From assembly GCF_009914755.1 (NCBI RefSeq), contig NC_060933.1: a stretch of 64,000 nucleotides of DNA. One strand, written 5' to 3'. This DNA is from the human T2T-CHM13v2.0 reference genome, Homo sapiens. The first letter of the stretch is position 1, and each line of letters begins with the position of its first letter. Of the stretch, positions 61,275 to 64,000 are shown piece by piece. Under the pieces are notes generated by a model. The model saw only the letters and a list, made by a program, of their open reading frames with translations. It made no database searches and was not told the DNA's origin. A program made the translations under genes and the position numbers.

Positions 61275-61870
61275 TCCCACTTGAAACCTTTCTATGGCTT
61301 CCCATTGTTTTAAATAAAAATTTGAACAACTTTCCATAGCTTACATGGCCCTGCATATTGGGTTTCTCTGAATTCTCCAACCTCAACTCACACCATTTTC
61401 TGTCTGTCTAATTATATTCCAACTTCTCTAGACTTCTTTCCATTTGTCAAATACACTCCAAGATTTATCCATCTTTTAGAGTTTTGCGTTTGCTAGTCCC
61501 AGCTAATACTTTCTCAGCACCTATTTTCATGACTGACATATTACACCCTTCACATTAGGGGAATTCAAATGCTACTGGCTCAGAAATCTCTTCTGGAACA
61601 GCCCTACCTTAAGTGACACTACTAGTTATTCAAGCTAGTCACCTATTTATTTTTTTCACAACACGTACCACAATCTGTAGCAGCATATGACAGATCACAT
61701 TGTTATTACTCTATAACATCCTATTGTGTTAGATTATTTGTTCATTTGATGTTTGTCCTCCTCGCCTAAATGTCTTTCTGACTATTGAATCTTTCACATG
61801 CTGTATAGTGTCTGACACTATATAGTATGGGCTCAAAAAGCATTTGTTGAACTAATGATTGAATCAATTA
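61275..61870 (+). mobile_element. L2 3' part
   Basis: cttctatggcttcccattg...tagtgtctgacac...catttgttgaactaatg. Confidence 0.65.
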
Positions 61871-63384
61871 ATAATATCAAACGTAAAATATGCTACAAAT
61901 GAAAAAATACCTATAAAGCCTTAGCAGCTTAAAATTGAACAACCTAGCTCTTTTTGTGTACTTCTGTAATGTACCCAAAATTGTATGTCTTTCCCAGTAT
62001 GCCACGTGTCATGGAATTAATGTTTTGCGACCTCACTTGAGTGTTGTCATACCAGACTGTAGGATCTAAATTTTTTATTGTTTTAGGGATCAAAGCAATA
62101 ACATTTATCTGTGATGTGTAACTCCAGTAAGCTGTGAGGCCTTTACATTTGTTTTGAGATTCTAGCTAAAGTTTTAACCATAAACCGCAGATCGTCGCCC
62201 ACAAGTGAGAGAAGATATCAGACATATGGTTGTCCTAACTAGAGAAGTAGTGTTATTTCAGTTTTAGAGATGAAGACTGGACCTCAGAATTGGTAAGCAA
62301 GCTGAAAATGTGACATATTAAGTGACTTTGCTGGAATTGAATCTTATGAGTCCTTAATTCCAAATCTGATGTTTTGTGTCTGTATACAGTGAATATGGAG
62401 ACATAACTAAATAGGATTTTTATAATTTCTGGCCATGTAAAAATTTATAGCTTAATAAGAAACATTAAAAACTTTTATATAAAGTTATATTTGTATAGAG
62501 AAAAGTCATCCATTTTGGTGTATTTTCATCTACCTCTATTTACTTAGCCAGGAATGTTCTCAGACTCCATGACTCAGACACCTAAAATTTACTCATGTGA
62601 TAAATTTTTGACACTCTCTACAGTGTTAAAAGTATTCATAAATACTCATAAGTTTTTGGCCTAGTTAAGCCTTATAACTAACTTAACTAGTTTTGAGATG
62701 TTTTCTTTGTTCTGTTACAAAACAGCCTACTCAGCACTACACCATCCTCACGCTTGCTACATCTGTCAATTTTCTTCTACAGTTTCTTGTCAAACTGCCA
62801 TTTTCCTCAACAGCCTCTATTAGACTCTCCACACCCCACGCCTGCACTGCACAGAAATGGCCTAAAATTCTAAACTGACGGAACCTTTAAATGCTCAGGC
62901 ACATATATTTTTCTTTATTGCATTTACAGCGAAAATATCCAAAGCATAAAGATTATTTTAACAAAAGGCTATAAAATTTACATCATTTTAAAAATCATAA
63001 ATCCCATTTAGTTCTGCATAAGGGAATGATATAGCTACCATTATTTATTGACTTCATGACATCACTTATTCTTTTGCTTGGTTAGGACTTTGGTAGAGGC
63101 AAATGTTGAAAAATGTAGTCTGTATTTCACTTTATTTCTTAAACTTCTCTAATTGTCTACTATATGTCCACCTGGAAGATGTCATAAACATACAAATGCC
63201 CACGCTTCATGCTTGGAGGAGTTGACTGGCCACAGTTGGAATGGATTCTGGGAGTCTGTATTTATAACAAAGAGCATGTGATTCTGATGCCAGGGCCAAT
63301 TTGGAGTTGTCACAGGTCTAAATGCTCTACTGTTTACTTTCAGAATTCCTTGAAGGTGGGAAATATATCTTTGTCAACTAAAGA

Positions 63385-63575
63385 ATGTCCTAATACTTAA
63401 TTGTGCATATGAGTCATCTGGGAATGGTGTTAAAATGTAGATTCTCATTCTGTAGGTCTAGGGCAGGGACTGGGAGTCTGCACTTCAGAAAAGCTCCCAG
63501 TTGATGCCAGTGTTGTTCATCTGTGGAACACAATTTGAGTGCCTCTTGCCTATATGGCTTTTAGAATAACCTTGA

Positions 63576-63631
<56 letters not shown>

Positions 63632-63752
63632 TCAATTAAATCAGGATCTTTAAGAGGGAGAAGTTAGGGCATAAGTTTATTTAAAACGATTCTCAGGTGA
63701 TTCTAAATTCACAGGTGATTGCATGTGTAACCAGGGTTCAAAACCAATGTCC
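63385..63752. mobile_element. Two adjacent MER5-type hAT elements, the second split by (AT)n
   Basis: gtcatctggg...ttaaaatgtagattctc...gctcccagttgatgc; ctcaggtgattct...ccagggttcaaaacca. Confidence 0.65.
63578..63626. repeat. (AT)~24 microsatellite
   Basis: Direct reading. Confidence 0.97.
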
Positions 63753-63950
63753 TAAATGAAAATGCAAGTGAGAAAGAAAACTAAAATTTCCCTTTTTTAG
63801 TTATCAGACTTTTAAAACTCATGCCACTTAAACTCCAGTGGTAGGCAAAGAAAACTTAGGCTGCCTAAATGCATATTTTTTATGCCAAGTAAAAATTTCT
63901 GTGAGTTCTTCTCTACTTTAAGTTCAGAGTCCAGGATTCAGGCATCTGCC

Positions 63951-63952
<2 letters not shown>

Positions 63953-63983
<31 letters not shown>
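63953..63983. repeat. (TG)~15 microsatellite
   Basis: Direct reading. Confidence 0.97.
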
Positions 63984-63987
<4 letters not shown>

Positions 63988-64000
63988 CTACAATCAACTA

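Overview
This is AT-rich, repeat-dense human non-coding DNA; a human-specific AluYb8 at 36.6-36.9 kb fixes the species. I found no supportable protein-coding exon or RNA gene. The recognisable ORFs in the track are translations of Alu, L1, THE1/LTR7 or simple repeats, and the rest are short ORFs with no recognisable product. The first ~45 bp are CpG-rich and may be the edge of a promoter or first exon lying upstream. The window holds about 15 Alus, five young L1PA fragments, many old L1M/L2/MIR pieces, two full-length THE1 (MaLR) proviruses, solo THE1, LTR7B, MER4-group and MLT1 LTRs, and DNA-transposon fossils (MADE1 x2, MER44, MER63, MER5, MER58, Zaphod-like). The most interesting signals are structural. 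(1) The THE1 provirus at 13.6-16.4 kb has a ~47-bp flanking duplication instead of a 5-bp TSD, discordant LTRs, a 142-bp diverged internal duplication and a nested solo LTR7B. (2) A perfect 70-bp inverted repeat at an L1 5' junction was later interrupted by the AluYb8. (3) Three independent L1PA copies break or rearrange within the same ~40-nt segment at the end of ORF2. (4) One L1PA carries two large microhomology-bounded internal deletions. (5) Several locally templated insertion scars are present. I found no convincing new gene-based system. Repeat subfamily names are from recalled consensus sequences, not a database search.
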